A stretch of 63,461 nt of DNA, from assembly GCA_019313245.1 (NCBI GenBank), contig JAFDBP010000056.1, positions 1-63,461 of the forward strand, given 5' to 3'. The stretch is from Deltaproteobacteria bacterium (GTDB taxonomy: Bacteria > Myxococcota_A > UBA9160 > SMWR01). The translations under genes were made by a program, and so were the position numbers. The notes below the pieces were generated by a model, which was given only the letters and a program-made list of their open reading frames with translations, did no database searches and was not told the DNA's origin. Shown piece after piece: positions 35,762 to 43,741 of this stretch (position 1 is the stretch's first letter; every line of letters begins with the position of its first letter).

Positions 35762-37048
35762 ATGTCGAGCAACTCGGAACTGTTGAAGCGCCGCCAGGCC
35801 GCCATCCCCGCAGGCCTCGGAACCATGCATTCGGTCTTCTGCGAGCGCGCAGCGAACGCGGAACTCTGGGATGTGGAGGGCAAGCGATACATCGATTTCG
35901 CGGCCGGCATCGCGGTCCTGAATACAGGTCACCTGCACCCGAAGGTGAAGGCGGCCGTTACCGCCGAGCTCGAGAATATGAGCCACGTGTGTTTCCAGGT
36001 GACGCCCTACGAGCGCTACGTCCAGGTCGCCGAGCGGCTGAACGCGCTCGTCCCCGGCGATACGCCCAAGAAGACGCTGCTGCTCTCGTCGGGCGCCGAG
36101 GCGGTCGAGAATGCGGTCAAGATCGCCCGCGCCCACACCGGGCGCTCCGGAGTGATCGCATTCAGTGGCGGTTTCCACGGGCGCACGCTCTTCGCGCTCG
36201 CCCTCACCGGCAAGGTCTTCCCCTACAAGGCGGGCTTCGGCCCCCTCTCCCCGGAGGTCTTCCACGCCCCCTACCCGATCGAGTACCTCGGGATCAGCGT
36301 CGACGCCGCACTCGCGGCGCTCGACCGCCTGTTTGCGAGCGATATCGATCCCGCGCGCGTGGCCGCGATCATCATCGAGCCCGTGCTGGGCGAAGGCGGC
36401 TTCTACCCGGCCCCGCCCGAGTTCCTGCAAGCGCTCCGACGCGTCTGTGACCAGCACGGCATCGTCATGATCATCGACGAAATCCAGACGGGCTTCGGGC
36501 GCACGGGACGCATGTTCGCGTCCGAGTACGCGGACGTCGAAGCCGACCTGATGACGACGGCCAAGAGCCTCGCGGGCGGCTTCCCGCTCTCGGCGGTCAC
36601 CGGCAAAGCCCAAATCATGGACGGACCGCCCCCGGGCGGCCTCGGCGGTACCTATGCGGGTTCGCCGCTTTCGTGCGCGGCCGCACTCGCCGCGATCGGC
36701 GTGGTCGAAGAGGAGAAGCTCGCCGAGCGCGCATTGCGAATCGGCGACCTGATCTCCAAGCGGGCCAAGTCGCTGTCCGAAGAACCCGCCGGGGCGTGCA
36801 TCGGCGACATCCGCCACCTGGGTGCGATGGCCGCGATCGAACTCGTGACCGACCGCAAGACGCGCGCGCCCGACGCCGAGCTCACCAAGGCCCTCGTGCA
36901 GAAGGCCGCCACCAACGGGCTGATCCTGCTCTCGTGCGGGATCCGCGGCAACGTGGTGCGCTTCCTGCCGCCGCTCACGTCGAGCGACGAACTCGTCAAC
37001 GAGGCGCTCGACATCGTGCGGGAGTCGCTGCTGGAGCTGCGCGGCTAG
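35762..37048 (+). CDS. gabT: 4-aminobutyrate--2-oxoglutarate aminotransferase
   Basis: Near-colinear with the E. coli GabT as I recall it. Blocks: DFAAGIAVLNTGHLHPKV, TLLLSSGAEAVENAVKIAR, IAFSGGFHGRT, IIDEIQTGFGRTG and TTAKSLAGG (PLP lysine). Confidence 0.9.
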   Translation: MSSNSELLKRRQAAIPAGLGTMHSVFCERAANAELWDVEGKRYIDFAAGIAVLNTGHLHPKVKAAVTAELENMSHVCFQVTPYERYVQVAERLNALVPGDTPKKTLLLSSGAEAVENAVKIARAHTGRSGVIAFSGGFHGRTLFALALTGKVFPYKAGFGPLSPEVFHAPYPIEYLGISVDAALAALDRLFASDIDPARVAAIIIEPVLGEGGFYPAPPEFLQALRRVCDQHGIVMIIDEIQTGFGRTGRMFASEYADVEADLMTTAKSLAGGFPLSAVTGKAQIMDGPPPGGLGGTYAGSPLSCAAALAAIGVVEEEKLAERALRIGDLISKRAKSLSEEPAGACIGDIRHLGAMAAIELVTDRKTRAPDAELTKALVQKAATNGLILLSCGIRGNVVRFLPPLTSSDELVNEALDIVRESLLELRG

Positions 37049-37100
37049 GTTCGCTCGACTCGCGATCGCTGCGTGCCAGAGATTTGAGTGACGCCTTGCT

Positions 37101-37170
37101 CGGGGGCCGGGACGGGAGAGCTACTCGCTCCAACCCCATGTCGCTCGCAGCTCTCCCGTCCCGGCCCCCG
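37101..37170. repeat. hairpin element A: 20+2-bp perfect GC-rich stem around a conserved 28-nt core
   Basis: Arms cgggggccgggacgggagag (37101-37120) and ctctcccgtcccggcccccg (37151-37170) are exact reverse complements. The loop is ctACTCGCTCCAACCCCATGTCGCTCGCAG. Located 53 nt after the gabT stop. Confidence 0.9.
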
Positions 37171-37238
37171 GCGTAGCCACTTGCCGGCGCGTGAAAGAAA
37201 ACCACCGCGCCGAAGGCCCTCTTCCGCCACGAGCGTCA

Positions 37239-37311
37239 CTGGGGAGCGGTAGCGAGAGGCCTGCGAGCGACATGGGGTTGGAGCGAGTGGGCCTCTCGCT
37301 ACCGCTCCCAG
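37239..37311. repeat. hairpin element B: unrelated 19-bp (+bulge+2) stem around the reverse complement of the element-A core
   Basis: Arms ggggagcggtagcgagaggc (37241-37260) and gcctctcgctaccgctccc (37291-37309). The loop ctgcgagcgacatggggttggagcgagtgg is the reverse complement of the element-A loop (28/28 core identity). Located 131 nt after the minus-strand hydrolase stop. Confidence 0.9.
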
Positions 37312-37441
37312 GCAACCGACCCTCGCAAACCGGGGTTGCCGTGCAGCGGACGCATCCCCGTCGACCGCGTAACTCTCGATGACGACGGATCAACAAGCGG
37401 AATGACTGCCTGTCGCGAAATCCGCAGCGCGTACCGGATGC

Positions 37442-39520
37442 TCACTGGAAGTCTCGGGGAATGGTCTCCTTCCAGGTCTTCTCCCGAATCTTCCGATCTT
37501 CCTCGAACAGGCGTCTCGTGTAGGTGTAGTAGAAATTCTCACGGTCGCTTCGGAAGTCGAGGACGCCCTGCCAGACCAGGTTCCGGCCACCGACCTGCAC
37601 GGCCCGCTTCATCTCGCTCGTAACCGACGCGGCTTCGGGGTGCGCGTCCTGCGCCTCGTAGACGATCTCGTCGTCCTGGCTGATCGATCCCCAGGGAAAT
37701 TCGTTCCTGCCCGCGTTCCTTGCCACCACCTTCGTCGCCGCGCGCGGCACGTCCCGTTCGATCGTCGTGACTTCGCTGTATCCCGAAGCCGTGACATCGA
37801 TGACGCTGCGATGGCCGGCCAGCTTCGGGTCTTCCGCAGGCGGCAGGAAGTTCGGCGCGGGGCGATCTTCGTAGGGCACGACCGGGAGCTCGACGCGCGT
37901 GGGATTGTTTCCGCCGAGCTTCAGGTGCGTCGTCATCGGATCGGGGCTCGGCCAGATCATCGGCCACTGGGCGTTGTTGATCGAGAGCCGGATGCGATGC
38001 CCCTTCGGAAAGATCCAGGAGGTGAAGCGCAACTCGATCTCCATCGGGTAGATCCGACCCGGTTCCATCGGTTCCGGATTCTCGGCCGAATTGCGCTGCG
38101 CCCCGTTGAAGCCCGCCCACGAGGTCTGGGTCACCGTGCCGTCGGGCGCGACATCCGAGAGGCGCACGAACCAGCGCGCCATCGGGGCGTCGGCAGATGC
38201 GTTGAGCGTCACCCGAGGCATGCCCAGGATTTCGAGATCCTCCTCGAGCGGGTCCGTGTCGTAGACGAGGCTGTAGCTGTCGATCGGTCTCTGGTCCAGC
38301 ACGATCTCCCCGGACCAGAGGCCATTTTCGACGCCGACGGTCGGGACGTATTTCAGTTCGTGGGTGCCGCTCTCGGAAGCCGCGTCGCCGAGAGAGCGGT
38401 CCGGTTGCGGGTACAGCTTCCGCGTGCGCGCGCGAGCGAGCGGCCAGCCCTCTTCGAAGCGCCACTGTCCGGGCACTTCCTCCAACCCGGGATCCGGCGG
38501 GTGCCAATCGCGGACGAAGACCGCGAAGCTCGGCTCGTCCACGATCCCCGTGTCGCGACCCTTGAGCCAGTGATCGAACCAGCGAACCGCCTCGTTGCGC
38601 CACTCGATGTGCGGCTTCGGGTAACCGTTGTGGGGCAGCGCGTGCGCCCAGGGTCCGATGATCGCCTTCTTCGGCACCTTCAGGTGCTCGATCATGCGCA
38701 GCAGACTGTCGGGATATTGGTCATACCAACCGCTGATGACGAAGGTCGGGATCTCGATCGCGTCGTAGCGCTCGTTGAGCGAAGATCGGTTCCAGAACGG
38801 CCCGTCGCGCTGCTGCCGCTTGAAGTTCAGCAGCCAGGGTGTCGTCTCGAAACGCTCCACGAAGTAGGCCTCGTCGATGATGAAATCCGGCGCAGCGGGC
38901 AGCGAGTTCTCGAGGTCCTGGGCGATCTCGTAGGTGTCGATGCAGAGTTGGCCGTCGATGTAGTGGACGTCGTCCTGGAATAGATCGTCCGTGGCCATGA
39001 TCGCGACGATGGCCTTGAGGGCGGGCGGCCGCCGCATCGCGAGGTGGATGGAGTTGAAGCCACCCCAGGAGATGCCGAACATCCCGACGTCACCCGTCGA
39101 AAAGGGCTGCTTCGAGAGCCAGTCGATTGCGCTTTCGGCGTCGCGCTGCTCCTGCTCGGAGTACTCGTACTCGACGAGCGTTCCCTCGCTGCTGCCGGTT
39201 CCGCGGATGTCGACGCGCGCGACCGCGTAGCCGCGGCGAACGAAGTACGAATAGAGCGCGTGATTTCGGCCGCGGTCTTCGACCTTGCGGTACGGGAGAT
39301 ATTCCAGCAGCACCGGGAATCGCTGCCCGGCCTTGCCGCCCTGCGGCAGGAAGAGGTCCGCCGACAGCCGCACGCCGTCCGGCATCGGGATCCACGCCTC
39401 CCGCCGCGTCATCTCGTATTCTGGCGGAGAGGGTTCGGCGGCCGCTGCAACGCCTCCCCAGGCCCCCACCGGGATCGATAGGATCAGAACCGCAACGAAA
39501 TTCTCGAGAGCGCAGCGCAT
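37442..39520 (-). CDS. CocE/NonD-family hydrolase (X-Pro dipeptidyl-peptidase S15 family), secreted
   Basis: Signal peptide, then PVLLEYLPYRK, RVDIRGTGSSEG and nucleophile context GMFGISWGGFNS. Long C-terminal beta-sandwich region. Confidence 0.88.
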   Translation of the reverse strand: MRCALENFVAVLILSIPVGAWGGVAAAAEPSPPEYEMTRREAWIPMPDGVRLSADLFLPQGGKAGQRFPVLLEYLPYRKVEDRGRNHALYSYFVRRGYAVARVDIRGTGSSEGTLVEYEYSEQEQRDAESAIDWLSKQPFSTGDVGMFGISWGGFNSIHLAMRRPPALKAIVAIMATDDLFQDDVHYIDGQLCIDTYEIAQDLENSLPAAPDFIIDEAYFVERFETTPWLLNFKRQQRDGPFWNRSSLNERYDAIEIPTFVISGWYDQYPDSLLRMIEHLKVPKKAIIGPWAHALPHNGYPKPHIEWRNEAVRWFDHWLKGRDTGIVDEPSFAVFVRDWHPPDPGLEEVPGQWRFEEGWPLARARTRKLYPQPDRSLGDAASESGTHELKYVPTVGVENGLWSGEIVLDQRPIDSYSLVYDTDPLEEDLEILGMPRVTLNASADAPMARWFVRLSDVAPDGTVTQTSWAGFNGAQRNSAENPEPMEPGRIYPMEIELRFTSWIFPKGHRIRLSINNAQWPMIWPSPDPMTTHLKLGGNNPTRVELPVVPYEDRPAPNFLPPAEDPKLAGHRSVIDVTASGYSEVTTIERDVPRAATKVVARNAGRNEFPWGSISQDDEIVYEAQDAHPEAASVTSEMKRAVQVGGRNLVWQGVLDFRSDRENFYYTYTRRLFEEDRKIREKTWKETIPRDFQ

Positions 39521-39592
39521 CGCATCCTCCGATTGCCGGTCGCCATCGCGCGACCGGCCTTCGCATCGCGCCGGTGGCTTGCCGAGTAGCCG

Positions 39593-40786
39593 CTAGCGGA
39601 GCAGATGCTCCTCGAACGGATAGGTGGACAGGCGCTCGACACCGTTTTCTGTAATCAGGATCATCTCTTCCAGCTTCACGCCTTCTTTGCCGTTCTCGCT
39701 TCCGATGTAGGATTCGACGCTGAGAATCATGTTGGGCTCGATCACCCCGTCGTATCCGTAGCCATCCCAGTCCTGCGGATAGACGATGCTGGGCCACTCG
39801 TCGGCCAGCCCGACGCCGTGCACCATGCAGCCGTAGCGGTTGGCGTTGAACTCCGCGGGAATCGGCCACGAGGCGTCCGACACCTCCTTGAAGGTCATCC
39901 CCGGCTTCAACAGATCGATGTCGTGTTGGACCTGCTCGTAGGCGTGGGTGTAGAGCCGCTTCTGCTCGTCGGTGGGCTTGTCGCCGCAGACCCAGGCCCG
40001 CGAAATGTCGGCACAATAGCCGTAGGGCCCGATCAGGTCCGTGTCGAAACAGACCATGTCCCCCTCTTCGATTGCGCGCATCGAACACTCGTGAAACCAG
40101 GGGTTGGTCCGATGGCCGGATGTCAGCAAGCGGGTTTCGATCCATTCGCCACCGCGGGCGATGTTGACCTGTTGCAGCAGAGACCAGAGTTCGTTTTCGG
40201 TAATCCCCGGCCGCAACGCGTTCTGCATTGCCGCCATGCCCTCCTGGCAGGCGTCGATCGCCGCCTTCATCAGAATCACTTCACCAGCCGATTTGATCGA
40301 ACGGGCGATCTCCGTCACCTCCTGCCCGTCGAAGATCTCGAGGCCGTGCGAGCGGAGCGCATCGACCCCCAGATGGGACAATCGATCCACGGCGAGGCGG
40401 CGGTTGCTGCCACCGTGCCGACTGACGACCTCGTCAATCTGTTCGCCGAATCGGGTCGCCCACTGTTCGGATTTCGGTCCCGCCGCAAAATAGTAGAAGA
40501 CGTCCATCACCCGATACTCGTCGATCGTGGGCAGGCCCTCGGCCAGAAACGGGTGTTTGGCGTAGTCGAACAGAACCACCGGACCATCCGTCATCACCAA
40601 TACACAGCGGGTCTCGTAGTGGGTGCACCAGACCTGCATGTTGGTGCTGTCCGTGGCGTAACGCGTGGCAATCGGATCGAACAGCAGGATGCCGACGTAG
40701 TCGCGCCGCTTCAGCTGCTCTCGAATCCGACCCAGGCGATACAGCCGCACTGCGTCGAGATCGGTGGGCGGAGTCGTGTACTCCAT
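39593..40786 (-). CDS. M24-fold (creatinase/prolidase-type) hydrolase; candidates are Xaa-Pro peptidase-like, ectoine-hydrolase-like or DddP-type DMSP lyase
   Basis: Creatinase-like N-domain (YVGILLFDPIATRYATDSTNMQ). Pita-bread domain with metal-ligand contexts FDTDLIGPYGYCADISR, GCMVHGVGL, SVESYIG and KLEEMILITENG. Start ATG 40786 (MEYTTPP) or ATG 40846. The remainder of track ORF 39593..41290 looks non-coding. Confidence 0.8.
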   Translation of the reverse strand: MEYTTPPTDLDAVRLYRLGRIREQLKRRDYVGILLFDPIATRYATDSTNMQVWCTHYETRCVLVMTDGPVVLFDYAKHPFLAEGLPTIDEYRVMDVFYYFAAGPKSEQWATRFGEQIDEVVSRHGGSNRRLAVDRLSHLGVDALRSHGLEIFDGQEVTEIARSIKSAGEVILMKAAIDACQEGMAAMQNALRPGITENELWSLLQQVNIARGGEWIETRLLTSGHRTNPWFHECSMRAIEEGDMVCFDTDLIGPYGYCADISRAWVCGDKPTDEQKRLYTHAYEQVQHDIDLLKPGMTFKEVSDASWPIPAEFNANRYGCMVHGVGLADEWPSIVYPQDWDGYGYDGVIEPNMILSVESYIGSENGKEGVKLEEMILITENGVERLSTYPFEEHLLR

Positions 40787-41240
40787 CGCGCCGTGCTGAA
40801 CGTTCGCGCGCGGACGCCGATCTCGCCTCGAATCATCGGTATGCATGTCGCTTCTAATCCATTGCGCCGCGGTAACGAAGTTCTCCCGGTTGGCGAGTAA
40901 AATGACGACCGGCTGAAAATACCAGGATTTCGCGCCCGCGCTCCTCGAACCATCCCGCTCGCGGGACAGCGCGGCCATCGTCGTCCCCAGTGTCGACCCA
41001 TAGCGAGCACTTCCCGAGCGGATGCCGAGCTCGAACCCCCGATCGGCAATGGGCGGGATCGCCCGCAGCACTGCGCAGGGCACCGCACCCCACCCGATCG
41101 CGATCCGAGTGGCGGCTCGGATCGGACGCGGCGCGGGCATCCCTTGCACGGCAAGCTGAGATTGGCACACTGCCCCTCTCCAAATGACGGATGGGTCAGC
41201 GATGCCCCACCGGATCGTGGGGATCAAGGGGAGCTCGACG

Positions 41241-41714
41241 ATGACCGCCACGGCACGCGATGTGATGCAAACCGAAGTACTCGCACTCAACGAAAGCGAC
41301 AGCCTTCTCGAAGCGCATCAGTTCTTCGTGCGCCACGACATCACCGGCGCACCGGTCGTCAACGAAGACGGGCGGCTCGTCGGTGTCGTGAGCATTCGCG
41401 ATCTCATTCGGGCCGAGGACGAAGACCACGACGTGAGCCGCACCGTCGCGGACTACTTCTGCGAGTCCGCGGGCTACGCGAGCCTCAGCATCGATCTGGA
41501 CCATTTGAGAGAAGGGCTGTCGGAAATCCCCGTCAGCGAAGTGATGACGCGGGATCCGATCTGCGTCGCGCCAGACAGCCCGATCAATGAGGTCGCGGCG
41601 CTGATCCGCAAGCATCGAATCCACCGCGTTCTGGTCGCGTCTCCCGGCAGCGAGGATCGGCTGGAAATTGCGGGAATCATTTCGCTGTTCGATCTGGTTT
41701 CGCTGCTGGAGTAG
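41241..41714 (+). CDS. CBS-domain pair protein
   Basis: ATG 41241 with GGGGAG upstream. Two CBS units: ARDVMQTEVLAL...GAPVVNEDGRLVGVVSIRDL and VSEVMTRDPICV...HRVLV...IAGIISLFDLV. Confidence 0.85.
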   Translation: MTATARDVMQTEVLALNESDSLLEAHQFFVRHDITGAPVVNEDGRLVGVVSIRDLIRAEDEDHDVSRTVADYFCESAGYASLSIDLDHLREGLSEIPVSEVMTRDPICVAPDSPINEVAALIRKHRIHRVLVASPGSEDRLEIAGIISLFDLVSLLE

Positions 41715-41820
41715 CCGCAAACCGCACGGCAGCCCCCGCTCGTGCGGTCTCGATCGCGCGATGGGCGGCGGCGCGTTGCCGCCGCCCATCCTGCCTTCGC
41801 CTTTGGCGACGAATTCCCGG

Positions 41821-43365
41821 CTACTTGTCGTCGCTGGGCATGGAACTCATCGTTCCATCCCAGGTATCGACTCCCGCAGCAGATTTGTCGCCCGTCTCAT
41901 CGAACCAGGTAGCGGTGACGTTCTTCTGCTCGGTGAAGAACCGAATGCCATCCCTTCCCATCGTGTGCAAATCGCCGAAGAACGAATCCTTGTGCCCCGT
42001 GAATCCGAAGATTCCAATCGGCACGGGAATGCCCACGTTGATCCCGACCATGCCGGCATGGGTGCGATACGAGAATTCTCTCGCATAGTGACCGTTTTGC
42101 GTGTATATCGCAGACCCGTTCGCAAACCGGCTGTTGTTCATGATGGTGATGCCCTCTTCGAAGCCCTTCACCCGCTTCACGCAGAGCACCGGACCAAAGA
42201 CTTCGTCGCGGCCGATGCTCATGTCTTCCGTGACATGGTCGAAGATCGTCGGGCCGACGAAGAAACCATTTTCACATCCGGAAGGAACCTTGGGCTCGCG
42301 ACCGTCGAGAACGAGCTTGGCGCCTTCCCTGACGCCCGTCTCGATCCAGCCGGTGATGAAGTCGCGATGGCCGGCGTTGACGATCGGCCCCATACCGGTC
42401 GACTTGTCGTATGCCGGACCCAGGTTGATCCCTTTCGAAATCTTGATCAACTCGGCAACCAGCTTGTCCGCAATGCTCTCTTCCACGGCAATTGCGGGCA
42501 ACGCCATGCAGCGCGCCCCCGCGCAGCCCAGATACGCGTTCACGATCCCCATGGCCGTTCGCTCGAGCTTGCAGTCGCTGAGCACCAGAGCGTGGTTCTT
42601 GGCTTCGGTAAGAGCCTGAACGCGCTTGCCGTTTGCGGCGGCAGTCGCATAGATGTGACGTCCGATCTTCGTGGATCCGACAAAGCTGACTCCCACGACG
42701 TCCGGATGCTCGAGCAGGATTTCGGCCTCATTCCTGCCCGCAGTAACGATGTTCAGAACTCCGGGCGGAAGCCCGGCCTCGACCCACAGCTCCGCGATGC
42801 GCATGGCAGCCTGGGGAACGAAGCTCGCGGCTTTCAGCACGAACGTATTTCCAGTTGCGATGCACAGGGGCGCCATCCAGCCCATCGGGATCATGGAAGG
42901 GAAATTCCAGGGCGCGATTCCGCCGAAAACACCCAGCGGGTGGTTGTACAGGACCGTGTCATAACCGCGCGAAATATTCATGATCGAATCGCCCTTCATG
43001 AGGTGGGGGATCGCGCATGCATATTCGACGACTTCAGTGACCTTGAGCACGTCACCCATGGCCTCTTCCCATTTCTTCCCCTCGGAAGAAGCCACGATGT
43101 GGGTCAGCTCATCGAGATGCTTGTCGAGCAACATCTTCAGCTTGAATAGAACCTGGATTCTCTGGTTGGGCGGTGTATCGGCCCATGCGGGAAACGCCGC
43201 TTTTGCCGCTTCGATCGCCGATTCCACCTCTCTCTGGGTGCACTGGGGTGCCAGGTGGGTCACCTCGCCGGTCGAGGGGTCGAAGCATTCCATGTAGCTC
43301 TTGGTTTCTGATTCGCGAAACTCATTGTTCACGAAATATTTCATTCGAATCGGTTCTTTTGCCAT
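41821..43365 (-). CDS. mmsA: CoA-acylating methylmalonate/malonate-semialdehyde dehydrogenase
   Basis: ALDH fold (GGIAPWNFP, GNTFVLKAAS, catalytic Cys region). AKNH replaces the usual general-base ELGGK block, which is the hallmark of the MSDH subgroup. ATG 43365 has AGGAGA 9 nt upstream (track start 43371 is GTG). Confidence 0.78.
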   Translation of the reverse strand: MAKEPIRMKYFVNNEFRESETKSYMECFDPSTGEVTHLAPQCTQREVESAIEAAKAAFPAWADTPPNQRIQVLFKLKMLLDKHLDELTHIVASSEGKKWEEAMGDVLKVTEVVEYACAIPHLMKGDSIMNISRGYDTVLYNHPLGVFGGIAPWNFPSMIPMGWMAPLCIATGNTFVLKAASFVPQAAMRIAELWVEAGLPPGVLNIVTAGRNEAEILLEHPDVVGVSFVGSTKIGRHIYATAAANGKRVQALTEAKNHALVLSDCKLERTAMGIVNAYLGCAGARCMALPAIAVEESIADKLVAELIKISKGINLGPAYDKSTGMGPIVNAGHRDFITGWIETGVREGAKLVLDGREPKVPSGCENGFFVGPTIFDHVTEDMSIGRDEVFGPVLCVKRVKGFEEGITIMNNSRFANGSAIYTQNGHYAREFSYRTHAGMVGINVGIPVPIGIFGFTGHKDSFFGDLHTMGRDGIRFFTEQKNVTATWFDETGDKSAAGVDTWDGTMSSMPSDDK

Positions 43366-43693
43366 TTCCACTGCTCTCCTGGGCGTTGGTGCCCTAAAGC
43401 GACCGTTGAGAATATAACAGCGCGATTCATCGCGTCATGCCTGTTAAGTCGTTAACCCCGTCCAATTTCTCGCGGGGCGCGTCGACGCCGGCCCAACATG
43501 TCGGTGTGGAGAACCAGCACCCCGTCCCACAGCACCGTCGCGAAGCGCAGAGGACGCGAGATCGACGCACACTCCGGCCCTTTCACTCACGGTTCAGGTT
43601 TCGAGAGCGCCTCTCGCCGCCGGTGGAATCCGCCGTTTTCGACCGGTAAAGCCGCTCTCGCGACACCAGGCGAACGCCCGCGCCCCCGATTGC

Positions 43694-43709
43694 TGGCACG
43701 CGAATTGCT
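43694..43709 (+). promoter_or_regulatory. sigma-54 (RpoN) -24/-12 promoter TGGCAC-N5-TTGCT
   Basis: tgcTGGCACgcgaaTTGCTc is an exact match to the TGGCAC-N5-TTGCW consensus. It is intergenic, on the + strand, 33 nt upstream of the GTG (43742) of the sigma-54 activator gene, which has its own GGAGG SD at 43731-43735. Confidence 0.65.
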
Positions 43710-43741
43710 CATACGGCGCGCCGAGGGAGACGGAGGCTGCG

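Noticed and set aside
37101-37311. Integron attC sites, a retron msr/msd, or a MITE as explanations for the twin hairpins. Also the small ORFs 36996..37205, 37045..37239, 37121..37396 and 37191..37382.
   Set aside because: attC sites and MITEs conserve the arms or ends, not the centre. No integrase, reverse transcriptase or transposase is nearby. The small ORFs simply translate the repeated core (RSNPMSLA in both) and are artefacts.
40847-41290. N-terminal extension of track ORF 39593..41290, and similarly 21138..21551 of ORF 20358..21551 and 52153..52497 of ORF 51445..52497.
   Set aside because: The extensions have no family similarity and junk-like composition. Better starts with Shine-Dalgarno sequences exist where the homology begins.
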